Of a stretch of 64,000 bases of DNA, positions 31,291 through 41,044 are shown piece by piece. Source of the stretch: an uncultured delta proteobacterium (GTDB lineage: Bacteria; Desulfobacterota; RBG-13-43-22). The notes under the pieces are model-generated. The model searched no databases. It saw nothing but the letters and a program-made list of their open reading frames with translations, and was not told the origin of the DNA. Positions within the stretch are counted from its first letter, which is position 1; each line of letters opens with the position of its first letter. Position numbers and translations under genes: made by a program. The stretch is taken from positions 64,001 through 128,000 of the forward strand of contig CAVUPH010000032.1 of assembly GCA_963743305.1 (NCBI GenBank), written 5' to 3'.

Positions 31291-32177
31291 ACCTTTACTC
31301 CTCCTGGCTCCATCTCGGTGGCATACACATCCGAGACGATCGGGGTTAAGCAGATTTGCTCCGACCCAAATAGTACGGTCCCGTCTTCCCTTTCAAAGTA
31401 GAGCACCGGTTTAAAACCCAACCAATCCCGAAAGGCCCCTATCTGTTTATCCGTGCTGGCCAGGATGGTGAACACCCCGTCAAAGGCCTCCAGGGCCTGG
31501 TGCATGGCCCCTTCCAGGTCCTGTCCTTTTTCTTTCATCTGGTACGCGAGATACTGGGCCGCCAGCTCGGAGTCATTATTGGTCTTGAAGCGGACCCCCT
31601 TATTTTCCAGACTCCGCCGCATCTTGAAATAGTTGGTAAACTGGCCGTTATGGACTATAGCCAATTCCGGATAGAGGTAGGAGATAAAAGGATGGGCGAA
31701 GTTGATGTTTTCCACCGTCTCGGTAGCCAGGCGCACATGCCCGATACCGTGGGTGCAGGTTCCTACGCGGATCTCATGGGTGCGCTGCAGGTCTTCGGCC
31801 GAACCCTGGTCTTTGTAGACCTTCAAGTGTTGGCCCAGGGAGTGCACACATAATTGGGGATGACTGTCTATGTCCCAATGGAGCCGGCCGATCTGGGAAG
31901 GATCCATGTCGATGGATCCTTCATAAAAGCTGAAGATCCCCTCGCCATGGTAGCTGCGGGCCTTACGGACTTTGCCGAACATGGCGATGATCTCCTCCAG
32001 CTCCCGCTCGTAACAGGGGTCGGTCAGGGAGGCTCGGATCTGGATGTCTTCCCGTTGCTCATACAGCGCCACCCCCGTCGCGTCCCGGCCGCGGTGCTCC
32101 AATTCCTTGAGCATATTGACCAGGTCCTGGGCCAGGGTGGGAGAATTTCTCCCGATTATTCCTGCTATCCCGCACAT
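31278..32177 (-). CDS. Class II glutamine amidotransferase (GltB1 / MgsA-like)
   Basis: MCGIAG with N-terminal nucleophile Cys, HRGRDATG, GHVRLATE, AHPF, VHNG, NDSE. Confidence 0.88.
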   Translation of the reverse strand: MCGIAGIIGRNSPTLAQDLVNMLKELEHRGRDATGVALYEQREDIQIRASLTDPCYERELEEIIAMFGKVRKARSYHGEGIFSFYEGSIDMDPSQIGRLHWDIDSHPQLCVHSLGQHLKVYKDQGSAEDLQRTHEIRVGTCTHGIGHVRLATETVENINFAHPFISYLYPELAIVHNGQFTNYFKMRRSLENKGVRFKTNNDSELAAQYLAYQMKEKGQDLEGAMHQALEAFDGVFTILASTDKQIGAFRDWLGFKPVLYFEREDGTVLFGSEQICLTPIVSDVYATEMEPGGVKVWSI

Positions 32178-32242
32178 AATGGGTCTCCTTTTCCCTTGGA
32201 AAGGCCTAAATCGGCGAAAAAACGATTTCGCCCCCTCCGCTA

Positions 32243-33583
32243 TTAAAAATGAAAGGAATACTCATTGAACTCCCAGTCGGTTACGGCCTTGCGAAACCGT
32301 TCAATTTCATGCTCTTTGACGGCTACAAAGGCCTGGATCAGTTCGGGTCCCAAGGCCGAACAGAGGGTTTTATCGGCCTTCAACTCGGCCAGGGCATCCC
32401 GGAGATAAAGGGGAACCGTGGGATAGGTGCCCGGTTCGGCTCCGTAGATATCCCCTTCGATGGGCCGGCCCGGATCTATTTTGTTTTCAATGCCGTCCAG
32501 GCCGGCGGCAAAGGCCGCGGCATAAACCAAATAGGGATTGGCCGAAGCGCAGGGGGCGCGGTTTTCAATCCGGGTCGCCGGCCCTCGTTCCCCGGGGATC
32601 CGGCAGTAGACCGTCCGGTTGTCCAGGCCCCAGACGATAAAATAGGGGGCGAAGGCATTGGGCACGTAACGTTTATAGGAATTGATCGTGGGGGCCAGCA
32701 GGGCCGACATCCCTTTGGCATGGGCCATCAGCCCCCCTAGGAACCAGCGCATGAGGTCAGACATCCCCCAATGCGGACTTTCAGGATCATGGAACAGGTT
32801 TTTCCGCGAAGCCGGATCGCTCAACGAGAGATGGATATGAAAACCGTTTCCCCCACTTTCGGTCTTGGGACGGGCCATGAAGGTCAACAGCAGATCATTT
32901 TGAAAGGCAATTTCTTTGCATATGTATTTAAAGGTAAAAGTCTGATCAGCCACATCCATGGCCTGAGCGTACTTCCAGTTGATCTCGAATTGCCCGGGAA
33001 AAAACTCGTGGTTGCAATAGATGATCTCCAACCCCAGTTCCAAAAAGGTATTCTGCAACTTTCGCAAGAGTCCGAGACGATCCACGCGGGGATTGGCCGT
33101 ATAGACGTTGGAAAGGTTGGGGTTATACGACCCGCCCACCCCGGCGGCGTCCTGATTGAAGACAAAGAACTCCAACTCGGCGGCAGCCACCGGCCGTAAA
33201 TTTTTTTCCTCGTATTTTTTTAAGATCCCCTGGAGTACGTTTCGGGGATCGACCGGGTGGGGCACTCCATCCCGCTGGGCACTGGCGATGAAACGGGCGG
33301 TCCCCTCCAGGTGGGGCAACACGGCAAAGGTCTGGGGATCGGGGATCAGGGTCATATCACGCCATTCGATTTCCGGCCCCATGCCGGTCCCCATGGCTAC
33401 ATCGTTGGCCAGATCGATGGCATAGGTGGCCTGGGCGAAGTTGATGCCCTCCTGGAGGACCTCTTCCAATCGCCGGGCGGGAGCCAGTTTACTGCGGCAG
33501 ATCCCGAACAAATCCGGGAAATCAATTCGGAGGGTGTCGATCTGTTGAGCCTTGATTATTTCCTTAATTTCATTGAGCTCCAT
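32243..33583 (-). CDS. Glutamine-synthetase-family ligase, probably gamma-glutamylamide synthetase (GmaS/PuuA/IpuC-like)
   Basis: DLFGICRSK, ELEF, HEFFPGQFEIN, GNGFHIHLS, NSYKR, WGLDNRT, RIENR, ANPYL; first gene of the operon. Confidence 0.88.
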   Translation of the reverse strand: MELNEIKEIIKAQQIDTLRIDFPDLFGICRSKLAPARRLEEVLQEGINFAQATYAIDLANDVAMGTGMGPEIEWRDMTLIPDPQTFAVLPHLEGTARFIASAQRDGVPHPVDPRNVLQGILKKYEEKNLRPVAAAELEFFVFNQDAAGVGGSYNPNLSNVYTANPRVDRLGLLRKLQNTFLELGLEIIYCNHEFFPGQFEINWKYAQAMDVADQTFTFKYICKEIAFQNDLLLTFMARPKTESGGNGFHIHLSLSDPASRKNLFHDPESPHWGMSDLMRWFLGGLMAHAKGMSALLAPTINSYKRYVPNAFAPYFIVWGLDNRTVYCRIPGERGPATRIENRAPCASANPYLVYAAAFAAGLDGIENKIDPGRPIEGDIYGAEPGTYPTVPLYLRDALAELKADKTLCSALGPELIQAFVAVKEHEIERFRKAVTDWEFNEYSFHF

Positions 33584-33621
33584 GATTCCACCTTTCTCTC
33601 CTTCGTCTAGCGGTTGACCCC

Positions 33622-33726
33622 GTTGTAAACATTACAACAATTTTTTGAAAAGATATTATTTTTATTTCATAATAACTGTCAAGCGAAAAATTACTTCAAC
33701 GGCTTTATTTATTTTTATTTCATAAT
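33622..33726 (-). promoter_or_regulatory. Putative sigma70 promoter and operators of the BMC operon
   Basis: Minus strand TTGACA (33677-33682), 18-nt spacer, TAATAT (33653-33658); palindrome GTTGTAA-aca-TTACAAC at 33622-33638; 18-bp direct repeat at 33656 and 33709. Confidence 0.6.
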
Positions 33727-33885
33727 TTTTAGTAAAATTAGTCTCTTAGAAATAATGACCGCTGCCTGAAGTCTTTCTTCGCAAAAAAATGTTGATTTAT
33801 TTCATTATCTTTAAATAATGTTACGAGGGTTTTCGTCCCAATTGTTTTCCGACCCTCTTGAAACCGCAGGCCGGGGGTGAAAAAA

Positions 33886-34596
33886 ATGAAAATACATTTA
33901 ATTGAACACGATCCCGCGCACCTTCCAACCAACATCGAACCCTGGGCCCGGGAAAGGGGGCATTCCCTTTCTAAAACCGAAATCTTTCGAGGGGAGCCTT
34001 TCCCAGCAGCGGATACTTATGATTGGCTCATGGTCATGGGCGGATCGCAACATGCCTGGGAAGAACCCCTCTATCCCTGGCTGGTGTCTGAGAAGGATGG
34101 GATCGCCCAGGCCCTAGCCCGGAAGAAGATCATCCTGGGTATTTGTTTCGGGGCTCAGCTTTTAGCCGAGGCCCTCGGCGGAAAAGTGTTCCCCAACCGG
34201 CAGAAAGAAATTGGCTGGTATCCGGTGGTTCAGACCCCGGAGGGCCGATCCTCCGTGTTTTTTCAGGATATCCCCGGGCGTTTCACCAGCTTTCACTGGC
34301 ACAGCGATCATTTCGATCTTCCGGCCGGCGCGGTGCGCTTGGCCTTCAACGACTGCTCGACCAACCAGGCCTTCATCCACCCGGAATATCCTCTACTGGT
34401 ACTCCAATTCCATCCCGAGTACACCCGGGAAATGGTCAGGCATTACGCGCGAGAATTCGGGAACGAGTGGCCTCCGGGACCTTTTGTGGCGGGGAAGGAT
34501 CAGACCCTGGCTCAAGCCGAAGCGGTCCCGGACACCTACGGGCTGATGGAAAAAATCCTGGACAACATGGTTAAGGCCTTTGGACAAACCCGTTAA
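33886..34596 (+). CDS. Class I glutamine amidotransferase-like protein (possible gamma-glutamylamide hydrolase)
   Basis: MGGS, LGICFGAQ, EIGW, HWHSD, QFHPE (Cys-His-Glu triad); divergent from the BMC operon. Confidence 0.88.
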   Translation: MKIHLIEHDPAHLPTNIEPWARERGHSLSKTEIFRGEPFPAADTYDWLMVMGGSQHAWEEPLYPWLVSEKDGIAQALARKKIILGICFGAQLLAEALGGKVFPNRQKEIGWYPVVQTPEGRSSVFFQDIPGRFTSFHWHSDHFDLPAGAVRLAFNDCSTNQAFIHPEYPLLVLQFHPEYTREMVRHYAREFGNEWPPGPFVAGKDQTLAQAEAVPDTYGLMEKILDNMVKAFGQTR

Positions 34597-34649
34597 AGCA
34601 CTAAATAACGTTACTTCGGGACTAAACCTAAATTGGAAAGGGGTAACCG

Positions 34650-35042
34650 ATGAAATTCTTGGTTGGATTTGACGGTTCAAACAGCGCCAAAGCTGCTCTG
34701 GCCTTGGCGCGTACTTACGCTAAAACATTCAATGCCGGCATCATGGTAGTCGCTTCAGTGGAAGGAGATATTATAAATCGAGATGCTCAGATGGAGAAAG
34801 CCAATGCCAACCTTACCTACGCCGCTCAGTTTCTGGCGGATGAGAGTATCCCCACCGAGATAGAGATTCTGGCCCGGGGATTTAAGCCTGGCGAGGACAT
34901 CGTAAAATTTGCCGATCAAAACCAGTTTGACGCCGTTTTTATCGGTTTGAGGAGACGTTCCAGGGTTGATAAGCTGTTTTTCGGATCCAATGCGCAGTTC
35001 ATCATTTTATATGCGCCCTGCCCGGTTATCTCGGTGAAATAG
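34650..35042 (+). CDS. Universal stress protein
   Basis: LVGFDGSNSAKAAL...IGLRRRSRVDKLFFGSNAQFIILYAPCPV. Confidence 0.9.
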   Translation: MKFLVGFDGSNSAKAALALARTYAKTFNAGIMVVASVEGDIINRDAQMEKANANLTYAAQFLADESIPTEIEILARGFKPGEDIVKFADQNQFDAVFIGLRRRSRVDKLFFGSNAQFIILYAPCPVISVK

Positions 35043-35380
35043 TTTCCCGTGTTCGAGGACCCCGGTGCACAAGGGATCGTAATTCATGCCGATCTGATCG
35101 AGCCGATTAGCGAGACCCTGCCGCAGGGCATACCGGTACTGTTCTTACCACCGCACCGGAGGTCGGTGAGGCCTATAGCGTTCCGGCCGAGGCGCGTGCC
35201 GTTACCTCTGGGATGGTAGAGTGGGCACCCTGGTTAGAAAGTTTTTCGCCGTACGCCGGCCCTTTGGAGACAGCGCCCGGCACCTTGTTCTACACTGATG
35301 GAAAAGATCCGGGACAACAGGGTAAAGGCTTTTGGATTGGCTCGCTAACGGGCCACCAGGGAAAGAGAAAGGAGGAAACT

Positions 35381-36355
35381 ATGGGCAAGATACCGGTTTC
35401 TTTCGACCTAGAGAGGGGCGCAGCGGCTTTAAAACATCGGTCGCTTTCGGAGGGACTACCCGGTAAAATTTCCTTTTGGAACCAGGCCCTTTCTCCCTTA
35501 CCCGCCGAGGACCTTCCGGCCGGCATCGCCTTTCTTGACCGGGAATTCATTCTCCGCCGTCAGAATAAACAATATGCCGAGTATCTGCGGCTTTATTCGC
35601 CCTTCGGCCCGGAGCAGGCTTTAGGTCGGTGCTATTTCGACTATCTGCCGGGGAGCCGGGAGCAACTGGAGGAGTGGTTCCGGGAAACCCGGGACTGTGG
35701 CCGGTGTGAAACCCAATACGAATATCCTCTCCGATTGACCTATCCCACCCAAGAAAATCTGACCTATTGGAACGTTTCCATGACGGCCGTTTCCCGTTTT
35801 TCCTCCCAGGTAGAAGGCATCGTGATTTTCTGCATCGATAGGACTCCGGAGAAAAGGGCCACTCAAATCCTGCACGATCAACAGACGGAGTTGGAAAGGC
35901 AGGCCGGACAGCTTGAAGAGGCGAAAACCGCCTTGCGTTTTTTACAATTCCTGCGGGAGGAAGATATTAAAGAGCTGGGACTGCGACTGACGGCGAACAC
36001 CCGGAACCTCATCCAGCCCACCCTGCAACAACTCAAGAACTGTTGCCCGCATAAACAACAGCGCACCCTTTTGCAAACGATCGAATCCTGCCTGGAGGTA
36101 ATCGTCGGGCCCTTTTCCCGCCGTTTACAGAATGCCGCCTTCGACCTGACCCCCAAAGAAATCGTGATCGCCAATCATATCAAATCCGGCAGGACCAGCA
36201 AAGAAATCGCGGAACTCCTCTCGGTTTCCACCTCCAGTATCGATTTCCACCGCAATAACATCAGGAAAAAACTTGGAATTAACAAGAAAAAGGGGACCGG
36301 GTTGAGGGAGCATTTGTTTTCCCTGACTAGGGAACAATACCAGCTTCTTCCATAA
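35381..36355 (+). CDS. PAS-domain / LuxR-HTH transcriptional regulator
   Basis: PAS-like GIAFLDREF...YWNVSM; C-terminal LTPKEIVIANHIKSGRTSKEIAELLSVSTSSIDFHRNNIRKKLG; GGAGG RBS before ATG 35381. Confidence 0.85.
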   Translation: MGKIPVSFDLERGAAALKHRSLSEGLPGKISFWNQALSPLPAEDLPAGIAFLDREFILRRQNKQYAEYLRLYSPFGPEQALGRCYFDYLPGSREQLEEWFRETRDCGRCETQYEYPLRLTYPTQENLTYWNVSMTAVSRFSSQVEGIVIFCIDRTPEKRATQILHDQQTELERQAGQLEEAKTALRFLQFLREEDIKELGLRLTANTRNLIQPTLQQLKNCCPHKQQRTLLQTIESCLEVIVGPFSRRLQNAAFDLTPKEIVIANHIKSGRTSKEIAELLSVSTSSIDFHRNNIRKKLGINKKKGTGLREHLFSLTREQYQLLP

Positions 36356-36565
36356 ATTAATTCCCTATTTTTTTACTATTTACAATTTCATGGTTCCTTC
36401 TAATATCGTAACCTTAATAAACTGGCCCGCCGCAAGCGCAAGCGGACGGGGTATCTGAGACTTCAATAAGGAATGGTCATTCTTAGCCAGCTTAGGGGAA
36501 TTTGACTCCAATGGAGATTAAATTCGAAATTGGGGTTTTTCCTTTCAGCGCGAAAGGAGGTTTTC

Positions 36566-37816
36566 ATGACGCCGAACAACCCTTATGAGATTGCCCGACA
36601 GCAGGTGGATATTGCCGGAAAACATCTGGATCTGAATCCGGGCATCCTGGAAATGCTGAAGAGCACCAAGCGCGAGGTGGTGGTCCACTTCCCGGTGAAG
36701 CTCGACGACGGATCTTTGAAGATCTTTACCGGTTACCGGGTGGTCCATAACCCGGCCCGGGGCCCGGCCAAGGGCGGAATCCGCTACCATCCGGACGTGA
36801 ACCTGGATGAAGTGCGGGCCCTGTCCATGTGGATGACCTGGAAGACCGCCGTAGTCAACATCCCCTTCGGCGGGTCCAAGGGGGGGGTCTGCTGCAACCC
36901 CAAGGGAATGTCGCTCCGGGAGATTGAAAATCTGACCCGACGATTTACCTGGGAGATCGCCCCTTATATTGGCCCGGAAAGCGACATCCCGGCCCCGGAT
37001 GTCTATACCAACCCCCAGGTCATGGCCTGGATCATGGATACCTACAGCATCCTGAAAGGCTATACGGTCCCTGGGGTGGTAACCGGGAAGCCGGTCGAAC
37101 TGGGTGGGTCCCTGGGGCGGCTAGAAGCCACAGGCAAAGGGGTTTTTATAACGGCCCGGGAGGCGGCCCAACGGATCGGCCTGCCGCTGGAGGGCGCGCG
37201 GGTGGTCATTCAAGGGGCCGGCAATGTGGGCGGGATCGCCGCCCGGAATTTTAGCCGGGCCGGATGCCGGGTTATCGCCATCAGCGACACCAAGGGAGGT
37301 ATCTATAATTCCTCGGGGCTGGATGTCGAAAAGGCCCTGGATTGCAAGGATCGCTCCCAATGCTTCCTGACCCGGGAACTGGAAGTGGAAGACATCCGGA
37401 AGGAGGAACTCCTGGAACTGGAGTGCGATATCCTGGTGCCGGCGGCCCTGGAAAACCAAATCACGGAAAAAAACGCCCCGCGACTGAAATGCCGGATCAT
37501 CGCCGAAGGGGCCAACGGCCCGACCACCCCTGCCGCGGATGAAATCCTCTTCGATCGGGGGGTCCTGGTCGTGCCCGACATCCTGGCCAACGCCGGAGGC
37601 GTCACCGTTTCTTATTTTGAATGGGTTCAGAACCTCCAGGAGCTGTTCTGGAGCGAGGAAGAGGTTTACGACCGGCTCCAGAAGATCTTAAGCCGGGCTT
37701 TTGCCGAAACCGATCAGATCGCCCGGCAGAAAAAGATCTCTATGCGCACGGCCGCTTATATCCTGGGGATCCAGCGGGTGGCCAAGGCGATGGAACTGAG
37801 AGGGATCTATCCCTAA
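36566..37816 (+). CDS. gdhA: Glutamate dehydrogenase (Glu/Leu/Phe/Val dehydrogenase family)
   Basis: GPAKGGIRYHP, MTWK, PFGGSKGG, DIPAPDV, VTGKP, QGAGNVG, EGANGP, NAGGVTVSYFEWVQN. Confidence 0.93.
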   Translation: MTPNNPYEIARQQVDIAGKHLDLNPGILEMLKSTKREVVVHFPVKLDDGSLKIFTGYRVVHNPARGPAKGGIRYHPDVNLDEVRALSMWMTWKTAVVNIPFGGSKGGVCCNPKGMSLREIENLTRRFTWEIAPYIGPESDIPAPDVYTNPQVMAWIMDTYSILKGYTVPGVVTGKPVELGGSLGRLEATGKGVFITAREAAQRIGLPLEGARVVIQGAGNVGGIAARNFSRAGCRVIAISDTKGGIYNSSGLDVEKALDCKDRSQCFLTRELEVEDIRKEELLELECDILVPAALENQITEKNAPRLKCRIIAEGANGPTTPAADEILFDRGVLVVPDILANAGGVTVSYFEWVQNLQELFWSEEEVYDRLQKILSRAFAETDQIARQKKISMRTAAYILGIQRVAKAMELRGIYP

Positions 37817-38069
37817 AAGAGGCGGCCTGGCAGAAGGCGGGATCCAGGCTGGACGGTACCTTAGCCTTTTTTTCTATTTTGTTTGGTATTAGTTACCCTT
37901 TATGGGCCGGCGCCAGACCAAGTTGCCTTTTACTTCGTAGGTGCCACAATATTCCTGAGGACTGCTGCAAGGCAGCGGGAGGGGCCGGGGCTAATCAAGT
38001 CGCCTCTGCTCTGTCGACTTTTTCCAGTCCGCACATCGCGGTGGATAATAAAATCATAAGGAGAGCGCT

Positions 38070-39773
38070 ATGGACAACGTGGACCTGATTCTAATCAACG
38101 GTAAGGTGGTGACGGTTAATCGGAACTTTGGCATCGCCGAGGCGGTGGCGGTCAAGAACGGTCGGATCGCCGCCGTGGGTGGTACCGAGATCATCAATTC
38201 TCTGGCCGGTCCCGGAACCAAGGTCATCGACCTGGCCGGGGCAACGATGCTGCCGGGCATCAACGACGCCCACATGCATGCCCCCTTCTTCGGGGCGACC
38301 CGGCCCCCATTGGCTCTGGACCTGGCCTATCCGGCCGTCCAAGCCATCGGCGACATTGTCGAAGCGGTCCGCCGGAAGGCGGCCGAGGTCAAACCGGGGG
38401 AATGGATCCGGGGTTTCGGCTGGAATCAAGGTTCCCTCAAGGAATGCCTGGAAGACCCGTCCGTGTTACCCCGAAGATCCGACATCGACCCGGTTTCCCC
38501 AAACAATCCGGTCATCCTGACCGATTTTTCCGGTCACACCGTTCTGGTCAATCAGGAGGCCCTGGAACTAGCCGGTTTGCACCGGGATTCCCCCAACCCG
38601 GTTTCTGGTGAAATGGAGCGGGACCCGCAGGGCGAATTGACCGGGATCTTCAAGGAATTGGGCGCCCAGGCCCTGATCACCTCCCATGTGCCGATCCTCA
38701 CCCGGGAAGAAAAAAAGATCGCCCTGCTGAACGCCATTTCCATCTTAAACTCCCACGGGGTGACCAGCTTTACCGACGCGGCCATCGGCCCCGGCGGGGA
38801 ATCCTATGTCAGCGGCGTCATGAGCGCCGAATTTGTGGACATTTACCGGGAATTGCTGGCCCAAGGGCAATTGACGGCCCGGGCGACCATCCTGCTGCTT
38901 TTGGGCAATTATGGCGCCCTGACCTACGAGGACCTGGAGAATGGGCTTCGCACCTTCAAGGTGCCGACCGGCTTGGACCGGGAATGGCTGAACTTCCCCG
39001 GGGTTAAGATTTTCGCCGACGGTATTCCCCTGACCTATACCTCCTGGATGAATGAAGACTACGTGAGCGGGAACTACGGCCACGGGGTACCGGTTATCCC
39101 CGGTCAGACCGACCAGGAACAACATGATAACCTGGTGGCCATGATCGGCCTGGTACACGGGCACGGTTTCCAGGTCGCCGTCCATGCCACCGGGGATCGG
39201 GCCATCGACGCGGCCGTAGACGGGTTTGTCCAAGCCATCAAGAACAAGCCGGGCGGTGATCCGCGCCATTACGTGATCCATGGGGATTTCATCAGCGCCG
39301 CGACCTGTCAGCGCCTGGCGGCAATCCGCGGCGGAGTAGCCATGCAGCCCACCATCGAGGCCATGATCTCCGATTTCGAGCCATCGGTGGTGGGCGAACA
39401 GCGGGCCGCCTACGAATGGCCCATGCGCACGGCCCTGGACAAGGGAGTGAACCTGACCAGCAGTTCGGACGCCCCCATCACCGTGCCGAACTGGATCCTG
39501 GGAGTGGAGAACGCCGTCCTGAGGGAAAGCCTGACGTCGGGTGCGGTCAGCGGGCCCGAGGAGGCCGTCACCGTGGAAGAGGCCATCCGGACCTATACCA
39601 TCAATGGTGCCTACCAGGATCATCTGGAGACGGTCAAAGGATCGATCGAAGTGGGCAAGGTGGCCGATTTCTGTATCATCGACCAGGATATCCTGTCCAT
39701 CGATCCCCATAAAATCCGGAACACGAAGGTCCTCAAGACCATCGTTAACGGCCAGGTGGTTTACGAGGGTTGA
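38070..39773 (+). CDS. Amidohydrolase 3 family (YtcJ / N-substituted formamide deformylase-like)
   Basis: PGINDAHMH, KIFADG, HATGDRA, SSDAP, YTINGAY, KGSIEVGKVADF. Confidence 0.9.
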   Translation: MDNVDLILINGKVVTVNRNFGIAEAVAVKNGRIAAVGGTEIINSLAGPGTKVIDLAGATMLPGINDAHMHAPFFGATRPPLALDLAYPAVQAIGDIVEAVRRKAAEVKPGEWIRGFGWNQGSLKECLEDPSVLPRRSDIDPVSPNNPVILTDFSGHTVLVNQEALELAGLHRDSPNPVSGEMERDPQGELTGIFKELGAQALITSHVPILTREEKKIALLNAISILNSHGVTSFTDAAIGPGGESYVSGVMSAEFVDIYRELLAQGQLTARATILLLLGNYGALTYEDLENGLRTFKVPTGLDREWLNFPGVKIFADGIPLTYTSWMNEDYVSGNYGHGVPVIPGQTDQEQHDNLVAMIGLVHGHGFQVAVHATGDRAIDAAVDGFVQAIKNKPGGDPRHYVIHGDFISAATCQRLAAIRGGVAMQPTIEAMISDFEPSVVGEQRAAYEWPMRTALDKGVNLTSSSDAPITVPNWILGVENAVLRESLTSGAVSGPEEAVTVEEAIRTYTINGAYQDHLETVKGSIEVGKVADFCIIDQDILSIDPHKIRNTKVLKTIVNGQVVYEG

Positions 39774-39847
39774 CCGATCCTCCTCGAGAGACATCTGCCG
39801 GTTAAGGGGTACAGCGCAGTGAACGTTATTGAATTGAGGAGGACTTT

Positions 39848-41044
39848 ATGAAACGGAAAAAGGGACTGGGTACCGGGCTGGTTTTGTTGATTTTCCTGGT
39901 GGGATTCGTGTTTTTCCCGGGCCTGACTCGGGCCGCCGAAACACTGAACGTCGGAATGATTATGCCCTTATCCGGGCCGATCAGCATCGTCGGGGTCGGT
40001 CTAAGCAGAGCGGTGGAACTTTATTTTGATAAGATCAACGAGGAGGGCGGCCTCAAGCTGGGCGGAAAGACCTACCAGCTTAAATTGATCGTCGAAGACG
40101 ACAAAAACGATCCGACCGTGGCTTCCGCGGCCGCCAAAAAGCTGGTCTACAAAGACGGCTGCAAATTTGTCTTCGGGGCCATCACCCCCCCCAGCGCCGC
40201 GGCCATTTACCAGGTTTGCGCCAAGGCCAAGGCCCTGCACCTGATCACCTGGATCGACGCCCCCGGCTTACCGGGCGACGTCAGCGATAAGAAACCTTAT
40301 GCCGTCAGACTCTCCATCTCCTCAGACGCCGGCTGGGAGATGGACTACGATTACCTCCGCGCCACTTGGCCCGACGCGAAACGCCTGGTTATTGTCGTTC
40401 CCAATCTGGGTCTCCCGATCGACCGGGCGAAAAAACTGGCTCAGGAGCGGGGACTGGAAGTGGTCGGCGTGGAGACCTGGGACATTGGGACGGCCGATTT
40501 CCTGCCCTTTTATACTAAGGCCCTAGCCGCCAAACCGGATGTGATCCAGGCCATGTGTTCTGCCCAGGCCGGTTACCAGCTTCGGGCCGCTCGCCAGTTA
40601 GGCTATCAGGGGGCCTTCATCTCCGACGCCCCCACCGCACCGGCCCTGATTCTCTCCCTGGTCGGTCCGGCGGGATCGGACAAAGTCATCAGCAACGGGA
40701 TGGACCTGGGGAGTGCGACGCCGAGCATGAAAGATTGCATGAACCGGTGGGCCAAAAAATTCAAGGAACCCTTTTTCTCCGATTCGATTATCACCTGGGC
40801 CGAGGCCGAGGTCTTCGTCCAAGCCCTGAAAAAGGCCAACAGCGTCGTACCGGAAAAAGTGGTCGCCGCCTTTGATGCCATGACCGCACCGGACAGCTTT
40901 CAGACGGCCTTCGGTCCGGGCCACATGGCCGGGAAAAACCGTTTCGGGGTCAATCGGGTAGTGGTCCGCCCCATGCCGATCAGTCGATTGGATAAGGGGA
41001 AGATTTCTTTTGTCGGCTTCAAGATGCCGGTGGTCGATAAATAG
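39848..41044 (+). CDS. Branched-chain amino acid-type ABC transporter substrate-binding protein
   Basis: Signal peptide; VGMIMPLSGP, INEEGG, EDDKNDP. Confidence 0.88.
   Translation: MKRKKGLGTGLVLLIFLVGFVFFPGLTRAAETLNVGMIMPLSGPISIVGVGLSRAVELYFDKINEEGGLKLGGKTYQLKLIVEDDKNDPTVASAAAKKLVYKDGCKFVFGAITPPSAAAIYQVCAKAKALHLITWIDAPGLPGDVSDKKPYAVRLSISSDAGWEMDYDYLRATWPDAKRLVIVVPNLGLPIDRAKKLAQERGLEVVGVETWDIGTADFLPFYTKALAAKPDVIQAMCSAQAGYQLRAARQLGYQGAFISDAPTAPALILSLVGPAGSDKVISNGMDLGSATPSMKDCMNRWAKKFKEPFFSDSIITWAEAEVFVQALKKANSVVPEKVVAAFDAMTAPDSFQTAFGPGHMAGKNRFGVNRVVVRPMPISRLDKGKISFVGFKMPVVDK

Noticed and set aside
35043-35380. Gene remnant or N-terminal extension of the LuxR regulator
   Set aside because: A short protein-like stretch on the minus strand could not be assigned; the regulator has a better RBS at 35381.
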